Below, piece after piece: positions 23,479-35,883 of a stretch of DNA of 64,000 nt. Positions within the stretch are counted from its first letter, which is position 1. The number at the start of each line of letters is the position of its first letter. Location of the stretch: assembly GCF_001194135.2 (NCBI RefSeq), contig NC_068991.1, forward strand, positions 25,185,328-25,249,327, written 5' to 3'. Origin of the DNA: Octopus bimaculoides (taxonomy: Eukaryota). Below the pieces are notes generated by a model, which was given only the letters and a program-made list of their open reading frames with translations, was not told the DNA's origin and did no database searches. The translations under genes and the position numbers were made by a program.

Positions 23479-24819
23479 TGTGGTGGTGCGTGTGTGCATA
23501 AAGGAAAAGCATTATTTTAAATGAATTGTCTGTCTGCAAGCCTCTGATATTGAAAATTGTGAGAAAGACAACTTCCTGCCTGATATGCCAAAGTTGTTGT
23601 TCATACATCAACGCTGAGCGTTTTCTGGATTACATATAAATTATGAAAGAATGTTACTTTTGAATGAACATTAAGGCTTGTTCAGCGATAGAGATGGTGA
23701 TGTGTGTAAGCTGGTAAGCTGGGAAAAAAGAATGTGGTGAATACTTAACTTTCAACTTCCACATCTTTTATGTGTTGTAAGTTTACTTAATGAAAACATT
23801 TAACCTTTGATAAATTTCTATCAATAAATATTTGTTTGTTTATTACAATAATGAATGCATATTCTATTCCTTTTTGGATCTTTGTGGTTTTCATTACTGT
23901 TTATAATTTTGTTCCAATTGTTTTCACATTTGGTATATGGATTAAGTTTTGTATACTAATTATGAAAATGAAATTCAGTTTTCCTATAAATCCATAATTA
24001 AAAAATTGTTAGCCTTTAAAATTTGCAAAATTTAGGTGTTTTAGCCAATCAGAAGTGAGTATTTTACATATTGATCTGGTGAAAATTTTTATTTCCATTG
24101 TAACCAAAGCAAAGAAGTTGCACATGTTACATAGCTGATTGTGAAGAACTGTTTCCATAGTAACTAAAGATGCTGTGCATGTGCAGAAGGAGAAGGAGAT
24201 ACGAGAAAGATAATTTATTTCATAAAATCCAAGTTTAATGTTTTGATATGCCAATGCCCTCCCCGGCCTCTGATGATGGAAGCAGCAGCAAATGTGCTGT
24301 TTTCTGATTGGCTGAAAATTTTGAAAATGATCAAACTTTGAATACCTGTAGCGTTTTTGCAAAAAATTTTCTAGAATAAATGAATACCAAATTCGGATTC
24401 AGTGTCAACAATTACATCTATATGATTCATAAAAAAATTTCTTTAAAGGTCATTGTAAACAGTGACGAAAACCACAAAGATCCTCATTTCTTATTATAAA
24501 ACACATAATTTACATTAATTTATAGTATACTATACAGTAAATGTGGTTCAGAGCACTGGTTTGGATCATCAGAAATAAGGAGATGAAAGAACCATCAGAG
24601 GGCTTTGTGATGGATGAAGTAAGATAATGTGAGGTCAGTTGAAACTGATCAGGTGCATAAGTCTCTATTTTGCATTCTCATGTATTAGGGAGATGGAGAG
24701 AGTGAAGCTGCCATTTATATTTTATTATTTATTGATATCATAAAATCATATTGCTTTGCAAATATTCTATTTAATTTGATGTATTAAGACATTCAAATAT
24801 AAAGTGAACTATTAGTAAT

Positions 24820-25036
24820 ATTGGTTTCAAATTTTGGTATAAGGCCAACAATTTCGTGGAATTGGATAAGATGATTCCATCAACCCCTGTACTCAAATGG
24901 TACTTATTTTATCAACCTTGAAAGGATGAAAGGTGAAGTCAACCCCAACAGCATTTGAACTCAGAATGTTAAGTCAGAAGAAATGCCACTAAGTATTTTG
25001 TCTGGCATGATAATGATCCTGCCTGCTCGCTGCCTT
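24820..25036 (-). mobile_element. SINE family C (type-2 3' end) with TSD
   Basis: Family C core; direct repeat ATTAGTAATATT flanks both ends. Confidence 0.8.
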
Positions 25037-25098
25037 GTGGACCATTAGTAATATTGGCATGTAGTCAACTGTGAGGCAATGAAGAAGAAGCATAAAGT

Positions 25099-25317
25099 AT
25101 TGGTTTCAAATTGTGGCACAAGGTCAGCAATTTGGGGAGAGTGGGTAAGTCAGTTACATTGACCCTAGTGCTCAACTGGTACCTATTTTATCGACCATTG
25201 AAAGGGATGAAAGGTAAAGATGACCTTGGCAGAATTTGAACTCAGAATGTAAAGACAGACGAAATGCCACTAAGCATTTTGCCTGGCGTACTTATGATTC
25301 TGCCAGGTTACTTCCTT
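25099..25317 (-). mobile_element. SINE family C (type-2 3' end) with TSD
   Basis: Family C core; flanked by the direct repeat AAGAAGCATAAA. Confidence 0.8.
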
Positions 25318-25885
25318 ATAAGAAGCATAAAATATTAAAGACACAATTATGATGAAACGATAACTTCCTACCGTGCCATAACTGTACCAATACATGATAC
25401 TTGAATCAGTGAGTTTACTGGGTATAGCATAGGTAATGAGACAGATGCTGCTCTCTGGTGTTCTACATCTTCTTCAATGACCATGTGTCAACCCTATAAC
25501 TGTGAGTATTATCTTTCTTTAGCATGCTAGTGATATAATGATATCATTGAACCATGCCTCCTCTCAAAGCAAAGTAATTTCTGTCATAGGAATACTGCAT
25601 CATTGTAGAACAGGCATAACTGAACTAGAACCAGTTCACACCGATATACATGAACCAGTCATTAGCTCTGTTTTTGTGTTTTAAATGAGCACCAGTTATT
25701 TTTCATGGCAGGTATTTCATCTCATAAAAATTTGCTTTGTATGCAACTATATATGTTTGAAAGTGTGTGTGTGTGTGCGCGAGTGCGTGTGTATGCGTGC
25801 GCACAAATGTATTTGGGTGTTACTTTGTTTGCATATATGTTCCTACCCCATCTTCTGCTGTTCAGTGTTTCACTCATAATACTTT

Positions 25886-26090
25886 GCTAGCAGAATCAGT
25901 AGCACACCGGGCGAAATGCTTAACAGTATTTAATTCATCTTCATGTTCTGAGTTCAAATTCCACTGAGGTCGACTTTGCCTTTCGTCCTTTCAGGGTCGA
26001 TGAAATAAGTATCACCTAAATGCTGGGGTTGGTGTAATTCATTATCCTCCTCCAAATTTCAGGCCTTGTGACTATAGCAGAAAAGATTGT
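25886..26090 (+). mobile_element. SINE family C (type-3 3' end)
   Basis: GAGTTCAAATTCCACTGAGGTCGACTTTGCC...CCAAATTTCAGGCCTTGTG. Confidence 0.8.
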
Positions 26091-26335
26091 AACTGTATTT
26101 TTATGTATCATTCTATGAACTACTGGTGTTATCCACCCTCCTCTCCAACTTCATAAACCCAACAATAATTTAATATATCACTGTAGCTGTATATGCATAA
26201 GTGTGATTCTTTCAAATGTTATTCCTATGCCACTTCTTATCCCTCTTCATCCACCCTACTACAATGTGATTTGCATCTGTAACTCTATCAGTAGTCTTTT
26301 TTTGGTGATATTGTACCTATCTACTTGCCTGTCCA

Positions 26336-26726
26336 GTGGAGGCGCAATGGCCCAGTGGTTAGAGCAGCGGACTCGCGGTCATAGGATCGTGTTTCCGATT
26401 CCCAGACCGGGCGTTGTGCGTGTTTATTGAGCGAAAACACCTAAAGCTCCACGAGGCTCCGGCAGGGGATGGTGGCAAACCCTGCCGTACTCTTTCACCA
26501 CAACTTTCTCACACTTTTACTTCCTGTTTCTGTTGTGCCTGTAATTCAAAGGGTCAGCCTTGTCACACTGTGTCACGCTGAATATCCTTGAGAAGTACGT
26601 TAAGGGCACACGTGTCTGTGGAGTGCTCAGCCACTTGCACGTTAATTTCACGAGCAGGCTGTTCCGTTGATCGGATCACCTGGAACCCTCAACGTCGTAA
26701 GCGACGGAGTGCCAACAACAACAACA
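26336..26726 (+). mobile_element. SINE family A (~390 bp, tRNA head, (CAA)n tail)
   Basis: A box TGGCCCAGTGG, B box GTTTCCGATTCC, (CAA)n tail; TSD ACTTGCCTGTC(C/T)A at 26323-26335 and 26727-26739. Confidence 0.9.
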
Positions 26727-27102
26727 ACTTGCCTGTCTAAACTTCTTTGATTTCTCACTCATTCATACCATTTGCTTAACCATCCCCCTCTTTACTAAAT
26801 CAATTCTTCGACTTAAGTTTTTCTTTATTTTCTTCACCCACACACAAACAACACATGTGAAGAACCATTACATTCTACACTCCTCGAGACAAATAAACTT
26901 TTATAATTTTCTGATTTTCACCAGTTTCCAAGAAATCCAAGAAGCCATTTACATATTATTACCATAGAAAATAATAAATGCTACAAGCATGAATCAAAGA
27001 GAACACTCTCAGATACACGATGGAAGTGGGGAATAATCTGCAGTCAAGAACAGATCACAAGGCTAATGACTTGAAGAAAAATTTTGGACTATATCATCAT
27101 CA

Positions 27103-27400
27103 TCATCATCATCATCATCATTTAACAGCCATTTTCTATGCTGGCATTGGTTGGACGGTTTGACAGGAGCTGGCCAGCCAGGGAGCTGTCCAGACTCCAT
27201 GTTGTCTGTTGTGGCACGATCCTACAGCTGGATGCTCTTCTTAATGCCAACCACTTTACAGAGTGTACTGGGTGCTCTCTATGTGCTACCAGCATGGTTG
27301 TGTTTACGCAGCACCTGCACAAGTGCATTTTACATGGAACTAGCATCTGTAAAAGACAAACTTGTATGTATGGATGACAACAATTTTACGTGGCTTGATG
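27103..27400 (-). mobile_element. Family F copy
   Basis: (CAT)n-TTTAACAGCCATTTTCTATGCTGGCATTGGTTGGACGGTTTGAC. Confidence 0.75.
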
Positions 27401-27460
27401 CATCTCCTCAAGTACAGCAATTCACCATAACTTCCAGTCTCTTGTCATTTCATACATATA

Positions 27461-27677
27461 CGAGGGGTGCTGAAAAGTTCCTGGGCTTTAAGTGTATTAT
27501 GAAAGGCCTGATCAGAGGCCCAACCTTCCTAGTTCTTCTACAGGGCTTAGAAAAACTGAAGGAACACTGCAATAAGTGTGTGAATCTGAGAGAGGAGTAT
27601 GTTGAATAAAATCATAATTAGCTGACCCTCCCGTATTTTCTTTTACCAAAAGCTTGGAACTTTTCAGTACTCCTTCG
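27461..27677 (+). mobile_element. mariner-derived MITE (217 bp)
   Basis: TA|CGAGGGGTGCTGAAAAGTTCC ... GGAACTTTTCAGTACTCCTTCG|TA; interior encodes a mariner C-terminus GLEKLKEHCNKCVNLREEYVE*. Confidence 0.85.
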
Positions 27678-28184
27678 TATATATATATATATGTGTATAT
27701 ATATATATATNNNNNNNNNNNNNNNNNNNNNNNNNNNNNNNNNNNNNNNNNNNNNNNNNNNNNNNNNNNNNNNNNNNNNNNNNNNNNNNNNNNNNNNNNN
27801 NNNNNNNNNNNNNNNNNNNNNNNNNNNNNNNNNNNNNNNNNNNNNNNNNNNNNNNNNNNNNNNNNNNNNNNNNNNNNNNNNNNNNNNNNNNNNNNNNNNN
27901 NNNNNNNNNNNNNNNNNNNNNNNNNNNNNNNNNNNNNNNNNNNNNNNNNNNNNNNNNNNNNNNNNNNNNNNNNNNNNNNNNNNNNNNNNNNNNNNNNNNN
28001 NNNNNNNNNNNNNNNNNNNNNNNNNNNNNNNNNNNNNNNNNNNNNNNNNNNNNNNNNNNNNNNNNNNNNNNNNNNNNNNNNNNNNNNNNNNNNNGGGGGG
28101 GGGACGAATACAGGCACACCCACACAAATACACACACACACACACACACACACTTTGTGTGAATGGGAATAGAATAATATATCT

Positions 28185-28573
28185 GTTGAATAAAGTTAAA
28201 ACATGGTCTAGTTTTCACGTTTTTTATTATGGTATTTTAACATTTAAAAAATATTTTGTGATGTTCATAAAGTTCAATTAGCTCTTTCATATGTTCGTAG
28301 TAATCATCAGATTTTAAAATGTATTTAACTGATGTATTTAACCTCTTAGAATGCTCCAACAAGATGAATTTTTGGAAGATGGTTTTGACCCATCTGCATG
28401 CAGCTGTCAAGAACTCAGCTGTCAATTAGATACATTTTGAAATCTGATGATTACTACAAACATATGAAAGTGCTAATTGAACTTTATGAACATTATAATT
28501 TCTTTTTTAATGTTAAAATACCATGATAAAAAAAAAAACGAGAAAACCAGACCATGTCTAAACTTTATTCAAC
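28185..28573. mobile_element. Fold-back/MITE-like element with ~150-bp inverted arms
   Basis: 28185-28332 is the diverged reverse complement of 28422-28573. Confidence 0.7.
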
Positions 28574-28587
28574 TTTATACGACAAAC

Positions 28588-28730
28588 GTCTTTCAGTTTC
28601 TGTCTGCCAAATCCACCCACAAGGCTTTGGTTGGCCCAAGGCTATAGTAAAATACACTTGCCCAAGGTATCATGCAGTGGGACTGAACCCAGAACCATGT
28701 GGTTGTGAAGCAAGCTTCTTACCACACAGC

Positions 28731-28791
<61 letters not shown>

Positions 28792-28960
28792 GCACACACA
28801 CACATGACAGGCTTCTTTCAGTTTCCATCTACCAAAATCCACTCACAAGGTTTTGTTCAACCTGATGTTATAGTGGAAGACACTCACCCAAGGTGTCACA
28901 CAGTGGGAATGAACCTTGAACCATTTGGTTGAGAAGCAAACATTTTAGCACACAGCCACC
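28588..28960 (-). mobile_element. Two tandem SINE family B head halves
   Basis: 28588-28731 and 28805-28960 both carry the head/CORE-like block and are separated by CA/TA repeats. Confidence 0.8.
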
Positions 28961-29794
28961 TTTAATGCACTATTATTTCTCTCAAATAACATTCGTAATG
29001 TTTGAAAAAAAGTGGGTAAAAATGACAGTAATTGTTGTACCGATATATTCACTTTGTATGTTTTGTTTCAATGCAATTAGTTATCACTGTATCATGTTTC
29101 CCACCCACCAACCAAACAATGCATGCAGAGTTGTGTATTCCAATGTCAAATACATTAAGCTTTCATCAGCTCAAACCACTTAACTCTAAATAGGTAATGG
29201 GTTTAAATTCATTCCACTGAAGAAGTTGGTAAATAGTTGACAAGAAAGAAGGAAAGAAAGAAAGTATGAATGAATGATGCACACCTACACATATATGTAT
29301 ATATAAAGATATACATATATATATATATNNNNNNNNNNNNNNNNNNNNNNNNNNNNNNNNNNNNNNNNNNNNNNNNNNNNNNNNNNNNNNNNNNNNNNNN
29401 NNNNNNNNNNNNNNNNNNNNNNNNNNNNNNNNNNNNNNNNNNNNNNNNNNNNNNNNNNNNNNNNNNNNNNNNNNNNNNNNNNNNNNNNNNNNNNNNNNNN
29501 NNNNNNNNNNNNNNNNNNNNNNNNNNNNNNNNNNNNNNNNNNNNNNNNNNNNNNNNNNNNGTAAATATATACGTATATATACATACTCATATGTACATTT
29601 TTACTTGTTCGTGTGTGTATGTAGGCACGCACATATACACACACATACAATTGGGTTTCTATGCAGTTTTCTTTGAACGAATTCCTCGCACAGACGTTCT
29701 TTGGTCCACTAGAGATTCTAGCAGAAAATATAGGTCCGAGTTCCGGAGATGTTAAAAAATACCGCCAGTAGATCACTTGTTATTTTGTTCCCTT

Positions 29795-30082
29795 AGAACG
29801 ACGACGAGGATTCCAGCCTGCTCGTGAAATAAAGGTGCATGTAACTGAGCACTCCGCAGACACGTGTACCTTTAACATAGTCCTCAGGGAGATTTAGCGT
29901 GACACAGAGTGTGACAAGGCTGGCCCTTTAAAATATAGGTACTACTCACTTTGGCAGCTGAGTGGACTAGAGCAATGTGAAATAAAGTGTCTTGCTCGAG
30001 GACACAACGCATCGCCGGGAATTGAACTCACGACTTTACAATCGTGAACCTATACTCTAACCACTAAGATACGCGCCTTCAC
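29795..30082 (-). mobile_element. Hybrid SINE: family D head/middle with family A tail
   Basis: GCAATGTGAAATAAAGTGTCTTGCTCGAGGACACAACG (D) joined to GCCTGCTCGTGAAAT...GTGTGACAAGGCTGGCCCTTT (A). Confidence 0.75.
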
Positions 30083-30357
30083 AGAAAGATATAGAAATTG
30101 AATAATAGAGAATTAGGAGTAGTAGTTGTAGGAAGAGGAGAAGAGAATTAAGAGGGAGAAAGAAAAATGATTATAGAAAAGGTGAACGGGCATCAGTAGA
30201 AAGATAATAATGCTTTCAGATTTTGGCAGAAGACGAGAAATTTTAGGTGGTTGGTGTTTTGTTGATCAATTTGAGTACTTGACTGGTGTTTTATTGTATT
30301 CATTCCGAAACAATAAAAGGAAACGTTGACCTCGGTGAGATCTTAGCTAAGGAGATA

Positions 30358-30665
30358 GGCGCCGTCTTGGCTATGTGTTAAGAAACTTGCTTTCCAATCA
30401 CATGGGTTCAGGTTCAGTCCCATTGCGTGGCACCTTGGGCAAGTGTCTTTTACTATTGCTCCAGACTGACGAAAGTCTGTGAGTGGAGTGATGTATGTAT
30501 GTATGCATGTATGTATATATATCATTAAATCCCTGAGTGAGAAGTAAACAGTAGCAGTCCGGAATCGTAAAATACAATTGCCAACTAGATGTAGTGGCCC
30601 CATGGAGGACGATGCTACTGTTGTTTTTATCTCTACCAAAGCTGGTACTCTTTCAGTACCATCAT

Positions 30666-30703
<38 letters not shown>

Positions 30704-31725
30704 NNNNNNNNNNNNNNNNNNNNNNNNNNNNNNNNNNNNNNNNNNNNNNNNNNNNNNNNNNNNNNNNNNNNNNNNNNNNNNNNNNNNNNNNNNNNNNNNN
30801 NNNNNNNNNNNNNNNNNNNNNNNNNNNNNNNNNNNNNNNNNNNNNNNNNNNNNNNNNNNNNNNNNNNNNNNNNNNNNNNNNNNNNNNNNNNNNNNNNNNN
30901 NNNNNNNNNNNNNNNNNNNNNNNNNNNNNNNNNNNNNNNNNNNNNNNNNNNNNNNNNNNNNNNNNNNNNNNNNNNNNNNNNNNNNNNNNNNNNNNNNNNN
31001 NNNNNNNNNNNNNNNNNNNNNNNNNNNNNNNNNNNNNNNNNNNNNNNNNNNNNNNNNNNNNNNNNNNNNNNNNNNNNNNNNNNNNNNNNNNNNNNNNNNN
31101 NNNNNNNNNNNNNNNNNNNNNNNNNNNNNNNNNNNNNNNNNNNNNNNNNNNNNNNNNNNNNNNNNNNNNNNNNNNNNNNNNNNNNNNNNNNNNNNNNNNN
31201 NNNNNNNNNNNNNNNNNNNNNNNNNNNNNNNNNNNNNNNNNNNNNNNNNNNNNNNNNNNNNNNNNNNNNNNNNNNNNNNNNNNNNNNNNNNNNNNNNNNN
31301 NNNNNNNNNNNNNNNNNNNNNNNNNNNNNNNNNNNNNNNNNNNNNNNNNNNNNNNNNNNNNNNNNNNNNNNNNNNNNNNNNNNNNNNNNNNNNNNNNNNN
31401 NNNNNNNNNNNNNNNNNNNNNNNNNNNNNNNNNNNNNNNNNNNNNNNNNNNNNNNNNNNNNNNNNNNNNNNNNNNNNNNNNNNNNNNNNNNNNNNNNNNN
31501 NNNNNNNNNNNNNNNNNNNNNNNNNNNNNNNNNNNNNNNNNNNNNNNNGTGCGTGTGTGTGCATATGTGTGTGTATGTGTGTGTATGTGTGTGTATGTCT
31601 GTGTGTATTGTCCCCCTCACCACTTGACAATCGGTGTTGGTTTGTGTATGTCCCTGTAATTTAACGGTTCAGCTAAAAAAAAAAATGCATTCGATTCATT
31701 CAACTAAAAACACTTCAAGACGGTG
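30358..31725 (+). mobile_element. SINE family B head and tail flanking an N-gap
   Basis: Head at 30358-30485, tail at about 31590-31725; they may be one disrupted copy or two copies. Confidence 0.6.
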
Positions 31726-31746
31726 CCCCAAGAAAATAAAAATAAC

Positions 31747-31960
31747 GGTTTCAAATTTTGGCACAACGCCAGCAATTTCGGGAGAGAGGTCAATTCGATT
31801 ATATCGACCCTAGTACTCAACTGGTCCTTGTTTTAACGAGCTCGATATGCTGAAAGGCACACTCGACTTCAGTGGTATTTGAACTCAGAACATAAAGACG
31901 GACAAAATGCTGCTGAACATTTTGTCCGGCATGCTAATGATTCTACTAGCTCATCGCCTT
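31747..31960 (-). mobile_element. SINE family C (type-2)
   Basis: GGTTTCAAATTTTGGCACAACGCCAGCAATTTCG...TTTGAACTCAGAAC. Confidence 0.75.
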
Positions 31961-33290
31961 ATATATAATAATAATGGAAATGTTATGTTATAGTGATATT
32001 TGAGATGTACAAAGAATTGGTTCCTTGGCTCATTTTACATGCATTTTCTTGTTTTTGTTTCCCATCCATATCTGTTTTTCTCATTATTCTTAAAATAAGA
32101 AAAAAAAAAAGAAAGAAATACAAATACAAAAATAGATGTAATTATTGTTGCTGTAAAAAAGAAAAAAAAAAGAGGAAAACGGCTCTGACAGGGCAGGAGC
32201 GGGACAGGGCGGAAGACTGACCAGTAAATGATAAATCAGAGAATTATGAGCTTGATTAGGAAGTAATTTTCTTACAATGCTTACTGATTGGCTGTTTTGT
32301 CCCAAGCCCCTATTTGCCTGAATGCGACCGCACGCATGTGTATGAGTGTTGGTATATTTGTGTGTGCAGATGTGAGTTTGGTGTTGAGTCTGCGTTTGTG
32401 TGTATGTCTGTGTGTGTGTGTGTTTTGTTGCCAATGTGTGTTTACATGTGTTTGTGTGGGTATTTTGGTGGGTGTATTTGTGTCTGTGCTTTTTGTGTTT
32501 TGGTGTTTGTATTTATGCCTGCATGTCTGTGTTTATGAATGTGTATGTATCTGTGTGTATATAAATGTGTGTTGTTATCACTATGTCAATATGGAATACA
32601 CAAACAAAAATGTCCCTTCTTGTTTGATTTGACTTGCTAAAAATAGCAAATAGATCTCCCTCAAAACACATCTACTGTCAAAAATGAAGACAGATTAGAA
32701 ACTATAGCGCCTTAAATATATACACACAAAATGTGCAACAGAAACAAACGAGAAACAGAGAGCAAAAGAAAACGGGATCACAGCAGCTACTAGAAGCTCT
32801 TTAGCCATAGGTCAGTTGGATCAAGACTGGCCAGGAACTACTTAACGGCTACATACGAATAACAGCAGCACAGAGCAGCCAAAAGTAAAAGTAAAAGTAG
32901 AAGTAGCATTTGATCAGTAAACAAGGCAGAATAAATGAAACGATATAACAAAGTAATATCTGAAACATTAGATGTAATCTCTGGTGTTATTTAAATCTAC
33001 TTTACTGTGTGAAACATTGGCAATGTAATTCACATTATCAATTGCATGTCTCTACAGGTTTCCAATCTATTACAATCGTACATGTTTTCCGGAGAAAGGC
33101 CAGTAGCCTTATTAGTAGACTAGATTTGTTATTCGATGGGTTTCAGAGTTCGCACATTTGTTAGTGTTGTTGTTGATCTCGCTTTTTACCGCCGCTGTCG
33201 TCGTCGCCGTCGTTCTTGAGAACGCCAATCCTACTCGAATCGGTTCTATGATAAAATGCATATCAACTATGAGCTCTTCATGTTTTCAAA

Positions 33291-33665
33291 CATGGTATAC
33301 AGCTAGCGCTCACGTAGTATGCAATTAGCGGTCACGTGGTATATAGCAAACGTTAGTGGTCAGTCAGTATTGAGCCAGCGGTGACATGGTGTACAGCTAG
33401 TGGTCAGATGATGCACAGCCAGTGGTCACATGGTATATAGCAAACGCTCATATGGTGTTCAGCATCGAACACATGGGATACAGCTAAGACATACATGCTA
33501 GAAACCTAGCGGTGACATGGAGCACAGCTAGCGGTCACATGGTATACAACTAGCAATCATGTGATATGCAGTTAGTATCATGTGGTATACAGTGGTCACG
33601 TAGTATACAGCTAGTGGTCATACTGTATTCAGATAATGCTTACATAAGACAGAGTTAGCGGTTAC
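33291..33665. repeat. Degenerate ~22-bp minisatellite (consensus about CATGGTATACAGCTAGCGGTCA)
   Basis: Roughly 15 imperfect tandem units. Confidence 0.75.
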
Positions 33666-33974
33666 TTCTAAATATGTAATATGCTCTCACTAATTGTTTT
33701 AGAAGGTTAATTAGTGGCCAACAGACATACGAACCCTCTCCGTCCTTATACACTTAAAATATAATAGGGCTACAATGAAAGCCAGTATCCTTACCGCACA
33801 CAACGCTCCTCTAGTCAGAGAAGTGAACCCATCAAATTATGATCATTAACCAAACAGCATAGCCACTTGGGCGCGCCCTTTCACTCAAACATAATGTACC
33901 TCAACCTTTAAAAACAAAATAGCTGCTATCATTAGCATGTCGAGTATTCATATCGTGTAAAATAAGAACATCTA

Positions 33975-34425
33975 TCTATGTTTAGCCCCTTGTGGGTAAT
34001 AAAAAAATAAGAAACGTTAGCACGCTGGGCGAAATGCTTAGCGATGTTTCGTCTATCTTTACGTTCTGAGTTCAAATTTCGCCGAGGTCGACTTTGCCTT
34101 TCATCCTTTCGGGGTTGATAAATTAAGTACTAGTTAAGCACTGGGGCGATGTAATCGACTTAATCCCTTTTTCTGTCCTTGTTTGTCCCCTCTATGTTTA
34201 GCCCCTTGTGGGTAATAAAAAAATAAGAAACGTTAGCACGCCGTGCGAAATGTTTAGCGATGTTTCGTCTATCTTTACGTTCTAAGTTCAAATTCCGCCG
34301 ATGTCGACTTTGCCTTTCATCTTTTCGGAGTCGATAAATTAAGTACCAGTTGCGTACTGGGGGTTGATCTAATCGACTGGCTTCCCTGCCCCAAAATTTC
34401 GGGGCTTCTGCCTAGAGCAAAAAAG
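33975..34425 (+). mobile_element. Head-to-tail tandem of family C SINE units (216-bp period)
   Basis: Junction TCTATGTTTAGCCCCTTGTGGGTAATAAAAAAATAAGAAACGTTAGCACGC occurs at 33975 and 34191. Confidence 0.85.
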
Positions 34426-35530
34426 AAAAAGAAAAAAAGAAAAAAGNNNNNNNNNNNNNNNNNNNNNNNNNNNNNNNNNNNNNNNNNNNNNNNNNNNNNN
34501 NNNNNNNNNNNNNNNNNNNNNNNNNNNNNNNNNNNNNNNNNNNNNNNNNNNNNNNNNNNNNNNNNNNNNNNNNNNNNNNNNNNNNNNNNNNNNNNNNNNN
34601 NNNNNNNNNNNNNNNNNNNNNNNNNNNNNNNNNNNNNNNNNNNNNNNNNNNNNNNNNNNNNNNNNNNNNNNNNNNNNNNNNNNNNNNNNNNNNNNNNNNN
34701 NNNNNNNNNNNNNNNNNNNNNNNNNNNNNNNNNNNNNNNNNNNNNNNNNNNNNNNNNNNNNNNNNNNNNNNNNNNNNNNNNNNNNNNNNNNNNNNNNNNN
34801 NNNNNNNNNNNNNNNNNNNNNNNNNNNNNNNNNNNNNNNNNNNNNNNNNNNNNNNNNNNNNNNNNNNNNNNNNNNNNNNNNNNNNNNNNNNNNNNNNNNN
34901 NNNNNNNNNNNNNNNNNNNNNNNNNNNNNNNNNNNNNNNNNNNNNNNNNNNNNNNNNNNNNNNNNNNNNNNNNNNNNNNNNNNNNNNNNNNNNNNNNNNN
35001 NNNNNNNNNNNNNNNNNNNNNNNNNNNNNNNNNNNNNNNNNNNNNNNNNNNNNNNNNNNNNNNNNNNNNNNNNNNNNNNNNNNNNNNNNNNNNNNNNNNN
35101 NNNNNNNNNNNNNNNNNNNNNNNNNNNNNNNNNNNNNNNNNNNNNNNNNNNNNNNNNNNNNNNNNNNNNNNNNNNNNNNNNNNNNNNNNNNNNNNNNNNN
35201 NNNNNNNNNNNNNNNNNNNNNNNNNNNNNNNNNNNNNNNNNNTACATCATAACACTTTTTCTCTCCAATTTAGAGAGCGACTCCACAGCAGACATATCTG
35301 TAAATATTCTCCCATGTTATTTTCTATTCAGTTCTTATCTTATCTTAGAGATTTCCTACTGACATGTTCACTATTTCAACGTGATGGAAGACACATACTC
35401 CCTTGCTAATGTACATCCGTACACCGACCTTCACACGCTTAGGCAGAAAGAGAGAGAGAGGGGGGGAGAGAGGGGGAGAGAGAGAGGGAGAGAGAGAGAG
35501 AGGGGGAGAGAGAGAAAGAAAATGGGAGAG

Positions 35531-35561
<31 letters not shown>

Positions 35562-35883
35562 TACAAGCACAGAAAGGGAGAAGACTAAAAGTGGGAAAGA
35601 GAGTAAAAGAGAGAGAAAGAAAGAAAGAGAAAAAGAAAGAGAGATACATGTACGCACTCGTATACATTGACACACATGCATCGGGCGGTGCTTCACCATG
35701 GTCTTAGTGACGAAACCTCCAAGAAAGTGAATGTAAGCCGTGTAGTTACATGTGTGCGCGTGCATATATATTGTATTGATATATGTGAATATATAATTAA
35801 TTACTTGCATGATCCAATTGAATCGAGATACTTTAATAATAAATGCACCAAATTAGGATCAAGAACAACCTACCCGTGTAACT

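Noticed and set aside
26336-26410. tRNA-like A/B boxes here and at 35884, 39200, 44840, 52175 and 58056 as tRNA genes
   Set aside because: They continue into SINE bodies with tails and TSDs, and I could not build a complete cloverleaf.
33291-33665. CRISPR-like array
   Set aside because: Contiguous degenerate tandem units without unique spacers, no cas genes, eukaryotic context.
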